Shown here piece by piece: positions 1 to 10,220 of a stretch of DNA of 64,000 nucleotides (its first letter is position 1; each line of letters opens with the position of its first letter). Source of the DNA: Anthoceros angustus. Lineage: Eukaryota; Plantae; Anthocerotophyta. The DNA is taken from assembly GCA_010909165.1 (NCBI GenBank), contig MU008155.1, positions 1,240,001-1,304,000 of the forward strand, given 5' to 3'. The position numbers and the translations under genes were made by a program. The notes beneath the pieces were generated by a model. The model saw only the letters and a program-made list of their open reading frames with translations. It was not told the DNA's origin and did no database searches.

Positions 1-204
1 GGCTCCTACTCAAGCATTCCCGAGGGCAAGCAAGGCGGTGATGTGGGCAAGTATCGCAGAGTGGATGTGCGCTTTTCCGTCACTGCCAACATCGAGCTGC
101 TGGGTATTAAGAAGCTGTCCAAGCTGTTGGTCACCATTGTGCCTCAAGGTGATGATACTGAGAGGGGTGTGAAGCTCAAGGGAGCTCTACTCGACTTGGA
201 TTAG
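1..204 (+). CDS. PPO: Polyphenol oxidase, C-terminal end only (gene starts upstream of window)
   Basis: Frame 1 reads GSYSSIPEGKQGGDVGKYRRVDVRFSVTANIELLGIKKLSKLLVTIVPQGDDTERGVKLKGALLDLD*, nearly identical to the C-terminus of the PPO ending at 7001; TAG at 202-204. Confidence 0.9.
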   Translation, partial: GSYSSIPEGKQGGDVGKYRRVDVRFSVTANIELLGIKKLSKLLVTIVPQGDDTERGVKLKGALLDLD

Positions 205-256
205 GCACTGGTGCCGAGATTACGGTGTCATTTGGTCCCTCACCTGGGTGTTCCCT

Positions 257-820
257 TGACACCTGCACACGGCTACCTGGCACAATCCAGTACGAGCAGA
301 AATTGATCAAGATGGTTGTACTCTTGTCAATTTTGCTTCCAATGCAAAGACGTGCCCATTTTGCTCTGTCACATTTACGCCTCATCAGATCTGTCGTGCA
401 TCTCACTTGTTACTACTTTGGCAGTCATTTTGCAACCCCCGTACGAGTATATGTTCATCACCTGACACTCCTGATGACAAGAGAGTCTGGGTGGGAAGAT
501 ATCCACTCCGATAGGATAAGGAGCTGCTCAACTCCTGACACCTGCACACTGCTACCTGGCACAATCTAGTACTAGCAGAAATTGATCAAGATGGGTCTCT
601 TTCTTGTCAACTTTGCTTCCCATGCACAGACGTGCCCATTTTGCTCTGTCACATTCACGCCTCATCAGAGCAGTCGTGCATCTCACTTGTTACTACTTTG
701 GCAGTCACTTTGCATCCCCCGTACGAGTCGCATGTTCATCACCTGACACTCCTGATGACAAGAGAGAGTCTGGGTGGGAAAATATCCACTCCGATGGGAG
801 AAGGAGCTGCTCACCTCCTG
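257..820. repeat. Two diverged tandem copies of a ~279-bp unit downstream of PPO copy 1
   Basis: TGACACCTGCACAC recurs at 257 and 536 and the sequence after each is collinear. Confidence 0.9.
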
Positions 821-885
821 AGTTGCTTTCTCACCAACGAGAAAACAATTCATTCTGCATTAAATCCTTGTACATATCAGGCCGG

Positions 886-1104
886 ACGCTGTGCTGTGAG
901 CAGCTAGTATGTCTGCTCACAGCTACACACAGCTGCGAGGAAGTGGAGCCAGGTTGACACACACCTTCTCTCAACATCGTTCCAATTAGTCTAACGGTGT
1001 GCTGTGAGCAGCTAGTATGACTGCGCATAGCAACATATAGCTGCCAGGACGTGGAGCGAGGTTGACACACACATGCTTTCAACATCGTTCAAATTAGTCT
1101 AACG
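886..1104. repeat. Two diverged tandem copies of a ~108-bp unit
   Basis: GTGCTGTGAGCAGCTAGTATG...AATTAGTCTAACG occurs twice, 108 bp apart. Confidence 0.85.
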
Positions 1105-2301
1105 TGAGAATTTCCATTCCGAGCCTTGAATGACCTATGACCACGAATTTCAGAGTGCTGCTTGTTGTTGGAGAAATGTCAATTTCAAAGCAAGAGCGAG
1201 TGGCCGAGGGTGGTGAGAGCAACCTCTTCAACTAGCAAAACTACTAACAAGGCTTTTCGTGATGTAAAGAATACAAACTTTCATGCCTCAACAGTTGTGG
1301 CAAAACTTGTCACAATATCCTTCCTAGTTGTGGACGCATGGACAAGAGGAAAATCCAAGCCATCAACACAGGCTTATGGTGATTGAAAATCAACACAAAC
1401 GCGAGGTAAAGATACAATCAAAATGCAAAATGCACATATCCGATCTAAAACCCGCCCAAACCCTTGTATAGGGTGGAGAGCCTATAGGTGTAGTAATATA
1501 GCACTTATATGATATTGTATTTTATTGAGGAAAAACAATGGGAAAAATCCATTTAGCACAAAGACGCGACAATGAAGGTGGACCTCGAGGGTCAGGTGAA
1601 AAGAGTGACTAAGCTTCTTACCTAAAGTTACCTACTCCTCCTAGAATATCATATGCAGGAAGAACAAATGGTCTATAAATGACGGAGGAAGAGGAAGAAG
1701 CATCACTTGCTGTCGCCCCCTTGTGAAGGATTGCCATCAACAGGGCCCTTCGAAAGGCAATGGAGACTCACTGGGTTAGAATGAAATAAGAAAGGGACAA
1801 CCTCGCCATGCCCGGGGCGTCGAGGATTTGGCGCAGACTTGAGAAATTGATCGTTCGTAGCCATTGCCCATGCACTTGCATGCATACCAACACATTATAT
1901 ATGGCAAGATAGTAATCACTATGCCCTCCCGTAAAAAAGGTAAAGAAAAACCAAAAATAAAACTAGAAATAAAAAAAAAACCCTCACAAAAATCCCAAAA
2001 GAGATTGGAACCTTCAGCTACAACCTGCAATTCGTACCTTCAGCCAAAAACCTCTCACAAAAAGCCAAAAAGAGACTCGAACCAAGAAGTACTTCAGCTC
2101 AAACTCCAAAGCTGCTGTCTTCAGCCAAAAACTCTCACAAAAAGCTTTTATGTTCAACAAACACCTCACACACAAAACATCTCCGAAAAGAAAGAAATCT
2201 ACATATAAACACTTTTGTTGCACATATATTCTCTTCTAAAAACCTAAAACCTAAAATACATGATTTTAAAATACGTTATTTGGACGTATCTTAGAAACCT
2301 T

Positions 2302-2640
2302 GCTATGATACCATGATAGAATATGTCAGAAAGATAAGAAGAGCTTTATAGAGAAGTAACAGCAGCCTATTGCAAGATGGACAGATCCTAGCAATGGATA
2401 TGCACGATAGGAGATACAGTGGATATGCGCGATAAGAGATGGCGATACAGTGGATATGCGCGATAAGAGATGGCGATACAGTGGATATGCGCGATAAGAG
2501 ATGGATACAGTGGATATGCGCGATAAGAGATGGCGATACAGTGGATATGCGCGATAAGAGATGGCGATACAGTGGATATGCGCGATAAGAGATGGCGATA
2601 CTCTCTTCTCTGTATACGAGTTTGTTATCTAACTTGTCAA
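2302..2640 (-). mobile_element. LTR retrotransposon remnant: tRNA-iMet-like PBS next to a probable LTR end
   Basis: Minus strand 2313-2302 reads TGGTATCATAGC (canonical PBS TGGTATCAGAGC) and abuts a CA end at 2314-2315. The far LTR boundary (~2640) is uncertain and no pol is visible. Confidence 0.4.
2413..2601. repeat. 31-bp minisatellite, 6 copies
   Basis: GATACAGTGGATATGCGCGATAAGAGATGGC x6, one copy 2 bp shorter. Confidence 0.95.
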
Positions 2641-2759
2641 GAGATGCTGATCATCATCATCATTATGTCTTCCATGCAGCGTTGTTGGGGTACGGCCAGG
2701 GCCCGGGAGGTCTCGCGCCACTAGGACCCGGAGGTCATGGCCAGGCCCAAGAGTGAGCC

Positions 2760-3305
2760 AACTTCCGTGTTTAGAGTTTCACAAGTTTAGGTTTTTGTAG
2801 CGGCTGGTCTTCCGTGTTTAGGGTTTCATAGGTTTAGGATTTTGTGGCCGGTTCATTTGGTTGGACGGATTGCAGGAGTCAAGGTCGAGGGGGCAGCACT
2901 ACGCTCCGTATGGCGAGCCCTAATAGGCTAGGCAAAGGCCCCCGCCTAGAGGGGCCGCAACCCACCAAAACACCTGACAACCCACCGCATGCACCGCTCA
3001 CGAAATCTTGAATAGAAACCTTAAAACCCTATGGCTGGCCAAAACATGACAGCCCCGCCAAAGCTTGCTTAAACCAAAAAGTTGGGCCCCGCCACTGCAA
3101 AACTCTACCCCCTACCTGAAAACCCTAAAGCCACCACCGCAGAACCCTAAACCTGGAAGACCAGCCGTCGTAAAACCCTAAACCTGTAAAACCCTAAACC
3201 TTGAAGCTGGCTCACCGCCGAGCCCCTCCACTACAAAACTCCACCCCTTGCCTGAAAACCCTAAAGCTGATGCCGCAGAGCTCTAGACATGTGAAACCCT
3301 ATACT
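2760..3305. mobile_element. Foldback/MITE-like element with telomere-like motifs in inverted arms
   Basis: Left arm has GTTTAGGGTTT-type motifs and CGGCTGGTCTTCC (2801-2813). Right arm has AAACCCTAAAC motifs and the reverse complement GGAAGACCAGCCG (~3155-3167). Ends and TSD not resolved. Confidence 0.5.
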
Positions 3306-4365
3306 TGGGTTGTTCTCTGAATCATGCCATTCTCGTTTGTTCCTGCTCTCTCCCCTACGGTGCAGTCCACTCTTTCAGTGGTAGTCAAGGACACCCCCTA
3401 TCCAATCTGCCAGCGTGTTGTGGGTCAAGGGGTGAAATGTCATATCGGGCACAAACACAAGGACTTGACCAAACCACTTAGCAGCCCAAGAGAAATTTAG
3501 ATATTTTCAAACTCATCGCGGCTGAATCGCGTGTCATACTCCTTGGAGTTGGCATCCAGATGCAACCATCGTGGCAAGTCCAATAGGAACAGGGCAAACG
3601 GACGGGGTTCCACAAACTGAGCCATTCTCACGATGTCACCAAAAATTATTCCTATCCTGCATGATCTCCCGGAAGCATCTCTGATCGTCTTCAACTTATC
3701 GGGACTGGGGGTCTCCAGCAATTGTCGCTGCTCATCTGCCATAATCTTCCACGCTTTGGCCTTCAACACATGTTCGTTGAAAACATGCCGGTCTCGAGGG
3801 CTGAGGGCTTCCTAGAACGTGAGGTTGACCGAGTAGGTCTGGGCCCTTTGGCCTTAGTGTCCAGAGTAGGTCCGCTAACAATGGAGTTTGACTTGTCAGA
3901 GTTCTACCCAAAGTAGTTGCAAGTAGTAGAATGAAGGTGTAGTTACGAAACATTCCCTTGAGATCGAACCACTTACTACACGATACGGGACATAGTGTGC
4001 GCGCCCGGTTGGTCCGCTAGCGGAAGTCGCCCACAAGGGAGCATCCAAACTCGGAGCCAGATGTATAGCCCAATTGGATAGGTGAAGGACGCTAGCACGA
4101 TCCTGTAGGGCGGACCTAGCCTCCTTTTTGCCGTCCGGTGCTTCTCCTTCTCGATCCTGGCCAGGCTCTCCACCTTCCGCCTTGTAGCCTAGGCAGCCTC
4201 CGTCTGACCCTAGAGTTCGACCATGCGTCGCTTAGTGGCCTCCACCTCCTGCGTTCTTTCATAGGCCCGACAGAGCCCCCAGATCATACCATGTGTGACT
4301 GATGTCATGACTCGCCTGACTTCTTCCTTCTTCTACCACGGTGGCGGGCGAACTCCCTTCAAATC

Positions 4366-4550
4366 CCGCAATGCCTACCAACAAGTACCCGCAATGCCTA
4401 CCAACAAGTACCCGCAATGCCTACCAAGAAGTACTTTGCAGACACTATACGAAAAGAAGTGCCCACCAAGTACATATACGAAAAGAAGTGCCTACCAAGA
4501 AGTACTTTGCAGACACTTCGGAAAAGAAGTACTTTGCAGACACTATACGA
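4366..4550. repeat. Composite short tandem repeats in the PPO upstream region
   Basis: CCGCAATGCCTACCAACAAGTAC about 3 times, then AAGAAGTACTTTGCAGACAC x3 and ATACGAAAAGAAGTGCC x2. Confidence 0.85.
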
Positions 4551-4781
4551 AACCAAAGCTCTGTCCTGAGCGGGGTAGTGGATCCACATATACATTGACT
4601 TTGCGAAGCGTGCGCATTTATTTTGTCCGACGATGTGCCACTGGCCGTGTGCAGTCCCAATCCCGACCTCCTTCCAAGTTCCTGCCTCCCTCCCGCGACG
4701 TGCCATGGCGCCAGCAGATATCGAGGGCATCCATGATGGGATGGGTGCCCACAATAATTCATCTGGCCGGAGGCCGGAAGC

Positions 4782-4787
4782 TATAAA
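4782..4787 (+). promoter_or_regulatory. Putative TATA box of PPO
   Basis: TATAAA about 80 bp upstream of an ATG in strong context (GAGCCATGG). Confidence 0.55.
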
Positions 4788-4866
4788 GAAGCAAATAGGC
4801 GTGTAGCAGAATCAGCCCATCTCGCTCGCTCCAGGCCCCAGGACGAGCGGTCGTGAGCGTGGAGCC

Positions 4867-7001
4867 ATGGATACCAGCAGCGCCTTGGCGGGCTGCCTGT
4901 CGGCCAGCGCAGCCGCGGCGTGTGCTGCGAGTGTGAGAGGCGGCTCGTTCCGGGTGCGCCCAGCGGCGTCCGGTGGCCCGGGAAGCGGCAGGTGCAACCA
5001 CGCGGTGGCGGTGCGGGCGGAGAAGAATGCCGACACCGGCAGCAGCAAGAGCCGGAGGGAGCTCCTTGCGGGGACTCTGGCCGGGACCATCCTGCTCCCG
5101 AGCGGCTACGCCCTGGGAGGCGTGGAGTCGGGCCCGCTCCCGGCCCCCGATCTCTCCAAGTGCACCACGGCGTACATGACCGCGGACAAGACCTACCCGA
5201 CGGAGTGCTGCCCGCCTGGATACACGGCCCCCCCAGACATCATCGACTTCAGGCCCGACCCCAAGATCCCCTTCCGCATCCGGCCCCCGCTCCACACCAT
5301 CGACGAGGCGTATGCGAAGAAGTTCAACCTGGCGTACGAGAGGATGCGCGCGCTGCCGGAGGACGATCCCCGGAGCTGGTACCAGCAGGCCAAGGTGCAC
5401 TGCTCCTACTGCAACGGCGCCTTCCCTCTGGCCAAGGGCCAGCCGGGCGCCGTGGAGCAGATCCACTTCACCTGGTTCTTCTACCCTTCCACCGCGCCGA
5501 GCTCTACTTCCACGAGCGGATTCTGGCGAGCCTTATCGACGACCCCACCTTCGCGCTACCCTTCTGGAACTGGGACAACCAGAGCCTCACCGCGGGTGCT
5601 AACCGTGTGCCGGCCTACTTCAACGACCCGCCTTCGCCGGCCTCTACGACAAGAACCGCAATGCCCTCCACATGCCGGAGGAAAGTACCCGATCGTCGAT
5701 CTCGGTATTTCGGCAAGGGTGAGTACACATCCGAGGATCAGGTGCGGGCCAACAATCTCGCCGTCATGTACAATGCCGTGGCCACCACGCTCACGGCCCG
5801 GGATTTTCTGGGGGGCAAGTCCTTCGCGGACGGCACCAACGGCGACGGCACCACAGTCGGGCAGGCCGGGAGCGTGGAGGGCGCGCCTCACACCAGCGTG
5901 CACATCTGGGGCGGGGACAAGGCCAATTTTCCCGTCATCAATGCGGTAAGCCAGGAGCGAATTTTTTGATCCGTGCTGCTGGCATTGGCATTGTTGGCGC
6001 ACTGGCTCGAGGATCTCATGATGGAACTTGTTGGGTTTTGTTGGGTTCCTTTGGGTTGGGCCTGCCAGGATTTGGGCAACTTTGCAACTGCGGCATTCGA
6101 CCCGCTCTTCTTCCAGCTGCACGGGAACGTGGACCGGCTGTGGAAGGTTTGGGAGGGGCTGCCGTCCGACCAGACGTCCACCGGAAAGCCCGTGCGGAAG
6201 GTGAAGCTGGCGGACGGCAGGATCCGGGGTGATAACTACAGGCAGAACTACCCGGACGCGGAGTTTTTGGACGCCGCATTCCTCTTCTACAACGAGAAGA
6301 AGCAGTTGGTGCGGATCAAGGTGAGTGACACTCTGGACCAGAGGGGCAGCTTGCGCTACGACTACCCCGAACTCAAGTCCGATCTTGCATGGCTCAACTA
6401 CGGCACGGTGCTGAGCGCGGCCAGTGGGCTGGGTGATGCCACGGCCAGCGCCGCCCTGCTGCAGGAGTACGCCAAGGACCCGAAGAGCGTCATTGACCAG
6501 CTGCAGAAGACGGTCAAGCCTGCTGCTGCTGGGTTTAAGGCGGATGATTTCCCGGAGTTCGGGTCCCGGAAGGCCCGGGGCAACAAGGAGCAGGATCTTG
6601 GGGACAAGCCGGTGACTCTGAAAGTGGTTCCGGAGCCCCTCACGCCTGAGTTGAAGGGTCTGGATTTCGCGGATCTGGAGAAGACTCTGGTGCTGCAAGG
6701 TGTGTTGGTGCCCAAAGAGGGCAACCTCTCCTTCTCTGTCTTCATCAACTTCCCAAGCGCAACGGACAAGACCCCCAAGTCCATCGCCCAGTACGTCGGC
6801 TCATACCAGAGCATTCCCGAGGGCAAGCAAGCCGGAGATGTGGGCCAGTACCGCAGAGTGGATGTGCGCTTTTCCATCACTGCCAACGTCGAGCTGCTGG
6901 GTATTAAGAAGCTGGACAACCTCTTGGTCACTATCGTGCCTCAAGGTGACGATACCGAGAGGGGTGTGAAGCTCAAGGGTGCTATCCTCGACTTGGATTA
7001 G
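4867..7001 (+). CDS. PPO: Plastid-targeted polyphenol oxidase (type-3 copper enzyme), 2 exons, ~671 aa after correcting 4 single-base losses
   Basis: Ser/Ala-rich transit peptide, twin-Arg SRRELL, PDLSKC, CuA (QQAKVHCSYC, IHFTWFFYPFHR), CuB (GAPHTSVHIW, DLGNF...DPLFFQLHGNVDRLW) and plant PPO C-terminal domains. Frame changes at C/G runs 5484-86, 5627-29, 5680-81 and 5704-05. 2135 nt minus the 123-nt intron plus 4 gives 672 codons exactly. Confidence 0.93.
5946..6068 (+). other. Phase-0 GT-AG intron within the PPO CuB region (123 nt)
   Basis: GCG|GTAAGC donor and CCAG|GAT acceptor. Splicing joins FPVINA to DLGNFATAAFDPLFF and removes the in-frame TGA at 5967-5969. Confidence 0.88.
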
Positions 7002-8378
7002 GCACTGGTGCTGACCATGAGACACGACCATGGTGCCATTTTGTCCCTAACCTGGATGTTCCCAGGACATATGTAGCAGACGGCTACCTGGCTCAAGATG
7101 TACTTTTTCCTTGTCACTTGTTTGCAAATGGACACGGCTTTGCATTTCAAATGAGTCGGCTTCTGTCAGCCTTACGCCTCATCAGCACTCTCGTGCATGG
7201 CATGCCCCTTGTTGTTTTACTTTGGCAGCCACACTTCGAAGATACACTGTAAGAAACCAGTAGGGTAAATCACATGTTCATCACCTGACACTCCTGATGA
7301 GATGAGGGACCCTGGCTGGGAGGCTTCCCACTCCGATGGGATAAGCTACTCCTGCGTTCCCTTCTCACCAACGAGACAATATTTTTATACTGCTTCTTCC
7401 TTGGATCAGGATGTGGCCGTTTGCTGTCAGCAGCAAGTATGACTGCGCTTGTAGATACCAGAACGAGGAGGCCAAGTTGACATACACCTGCTCTCAACAT
7501 AGCTGCAAGCTCCAGCGTGGGAATTTCCATCGCGAGACTTTTGAAATGACCTATGAACACGAATTTCAGAGAGCTCTTGTTGTTGGAGGAATGTCAATTT
7601 CAAAGCAAGAGCGAATAGCTGAGGGTGAGAGCAACCTCCTCAGCTGGCGAAGAGACCAGTGAGGCTTTTCGTGATCTGGAAAATACAAACTGTCATCCCT
7701 TACCAGTTGCCTTAAAACTTGTCACAAGATCCTTCCCAGTTGTGGACGCGTTGGCAGGAGGAAAAACGAAGACACCAAGACCTGTGGTGATTGAAGAAAC
7801 AATTAGCGGTAAATGTACAAGCTTTATAATGAGATATTACAATGTCGTGCGAGACGGGGGCATCGACAGAACCAGAACAAGTCTGGAGGGAACTAGAAAC
7901 AGCAACAGGCAGGCAGAGCCTGCAGGGAGACACCCAAAAGACCCAGCACCTACATAAGGAAAATCGCAAGGACTTGGTGATGGAAACGGCAGTCAAGAAC
8001 AACAGGGTGCAGGGAACATAAAGGAAACTAGGCCAGCTCCTCCAGCTAGGACGTGAGAGAATACAGGTAAGAGCGGATAGGGGCCCTAGCCCACTCCTCC
8101 TGCATGGAAAGGAGAACAAATTGCTGAAGGAGAGTCTAGAAGAGGTCGATTTGTGGAGGCAACAAAGACCCATGTTGACCTCCCTCATGGATATGAGCCC
8201 CCAGCCCATGTAGTTCCTGCAGCTACTGCCAGGAACGGGTCAGGGCGTTCGTGGTCTCCTCAAAATCCAGCAGGGTCTGCTTCAGGGAATTCTGCCATTC
8301 TGCAACTACAGCAGATACAGTGCAAAAGAAACAGCCTCCAGCTGGTCCCTGAACCAGAGCTGAAGCACAGAGCCTGAA

Positions 8379-8806
8379 AGCCATCGAATGTACTCCATGT
8401 GACACTTACGCTCCACTGTCTCGAACTCCCCAGGGTGGGAATTGAGCGGCGGTAGTCGGTCGCGCCCCGAAAACGTCATATCGTAAGCCACCTCCTTGAG
8501 CAGCAGCATATCTGATAGGTAGCCATGTTTGAAGTGGTCTAGAAAGGCCAAATCGAATCTTGTGGCATTGAGCTCCTTCAAGATGTTTCCCACATTTTCT
8601 AGCCTCTCGCTGAGAAAACCCTGCCACAACTGTCACCTTGTTGGATAGTCCTCAGAGCGCATCCCCATCTCATCAAGTCAGTAAGGTCACAGAAAACAGA
8701 AAGCCAGTAGTTGAGGTACGGCCATCTTGGGCTACCTGCGTGCCGGACAACCTTGCGGGTGATTTCTGCATTTGCAGGGCTGTCCTCCGGAGACACCAGA
8801 CTGAGT
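8379..8806 (-). pseudogene. COMT: Truncated, degraded catechol O-methyltransferase copy
   Basis: Collinear with about 23875-24330 including the intron (donor GCAG|GTAG). Lacks the N-terminal half with the LEIGAYCGYS motif, and the VVADN metal-binding segment is deleted or garbled. Confidence 0.85.
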
Positions 8807-9270
8807 GATTTTGTAGACAGCCTTAATCATTTTAATGAAGCATCTCCTTGATGGATATGCTTTTGCAATAATATTTCTAACTTGGTATGAGAACTCATGA
8901 TGATGCATAGCTCTCAAGATTGGATTTCTCATTAGAAGAATGGAAAGACTTTATGTAGAAAGAAAAGAGATGGAAAAAATACATTTCTCATAAGAACGAA
9001 GTTAGGAGAATTTATTCGAATTAAGGACCAAATTGTCTTTTCTTCCTAAGGTTTATATTGCTAGAGATTTGAGAGTATGCCATCATCACCTGAATCAAGC
9101 TATGATGCAAGAGAAGAGTTTCGTGCATGCAATAGAGAAGATCAGAAGCTGTATCGGCGAGGCCTAGTCCTCTAGATCACCTACAATGACTGGAGTGATC
9201 CATGATTCCCCATTGGGTAATGATAATGCTGACACTTCATTGCATTATCATTATAGTGACAGCTTCAAAG

Positions 9271-10220
9271 AGAGACAGATTCAAAGGAAAAGATTATGAC
9301 ATCTGGGCATTGAGAATGCGAGGAGCTTTGCGGCAAAGAGACCTTTAGGGCATCGTCCATGAACCAAACGCCTAATTTTAACGTGAACTTCAACCTTCCT
9401 AGGATGCCAGGGACGAGAAGGCACAAGATTTATTGGTCAGTGGACTTTCTCAACATATGCTGAGACATGTCATGCATGCAAAGACCTCCAAGGATATGTG
9501 GACTTACCTTGCTCAATTATATTCATCTCGAGATATAATAAGTATTGTAGCAACTTCACTTAACTTCCGCACCCTCCTAATGAAGGAGTCTGACACTATC
9601 GAACACCATGTTAATGCTTTTCGAGTGGCACGATCTCAATTGGAATCTGCAACTGGTGTACCTATCACAGAGATGGAGGCTTACGTCATTCTCTTATCTT
9701 CATTCCCACCTTCCTAAAGGCCCTTTATAACAACTCAAAATGCAATGATTCGCAATGCAGGAAAAGCTGCTGATAAAGATCCAAATGAAGAGCCAGACAT
9801 AGTGTTTCCGAACTTATTGGAGCATTGTTACAGGAGGAGGCAAGTAGACGTCACCATCACTCCAGAGCCAACAAGCAACATGTGATGTATTCACAAAGGG
9901 GTAGAGAAAGAGGACGAGGCAGAGGCCAAGGTTCTGCTTCCCAACGACCCCAATATCCTACACATACTTTTCAAGATGGAGAGGCATCTTCTTCAATACC
10001 TGCATGAGGTAACAAGAAGAGTGGGATTATATGCAATTGGTGCAGAATCCCAAATCACATGGATAAGGATTGTCGTAAGAAGAAGAACGAAGAACCTCGG
10101 AAAGCGTCCCCACCTAGAGCTAACGTTGCTGCAAAGAAACAATCTTCCTCAACTTCAGCAATGCTCACTGTATGCTTGGCTTCTTCCAAGCCCAACATCT
10201 CATGGTACCTAGACCTTGGC
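9271..10220 (+). mobile_element. Degenerate Ty1/Copia gag and start of protease
   Basis: RFKGKDYDIWALRM, UBN2-like TSKDMWTYLAQLY...YVILLSSFPPS, zinc knuckle CNWCRIPNHMDKDC (10032-10073) and WYLDLG (10203-10220). Internal stops; ends abruptly. Confidence 0.85.

Noticed and set aside
3330-4290. Broken minus-strand frames (such as 3497-3769) as a gene
   Set aside because: Stops, no recognisable domain; probably an old TE fragment.
4759-6931. Long antisense ORFs over PPO (4759-5466, 5556-6698, 6398-6931)
   Set aside because: Shadows of GC-rich codon usage on the coding strand.
7820-8378. Purine-rich gag/ORF1-like stretch
   Set aside because: No diagnostic motif and interrupted frames.
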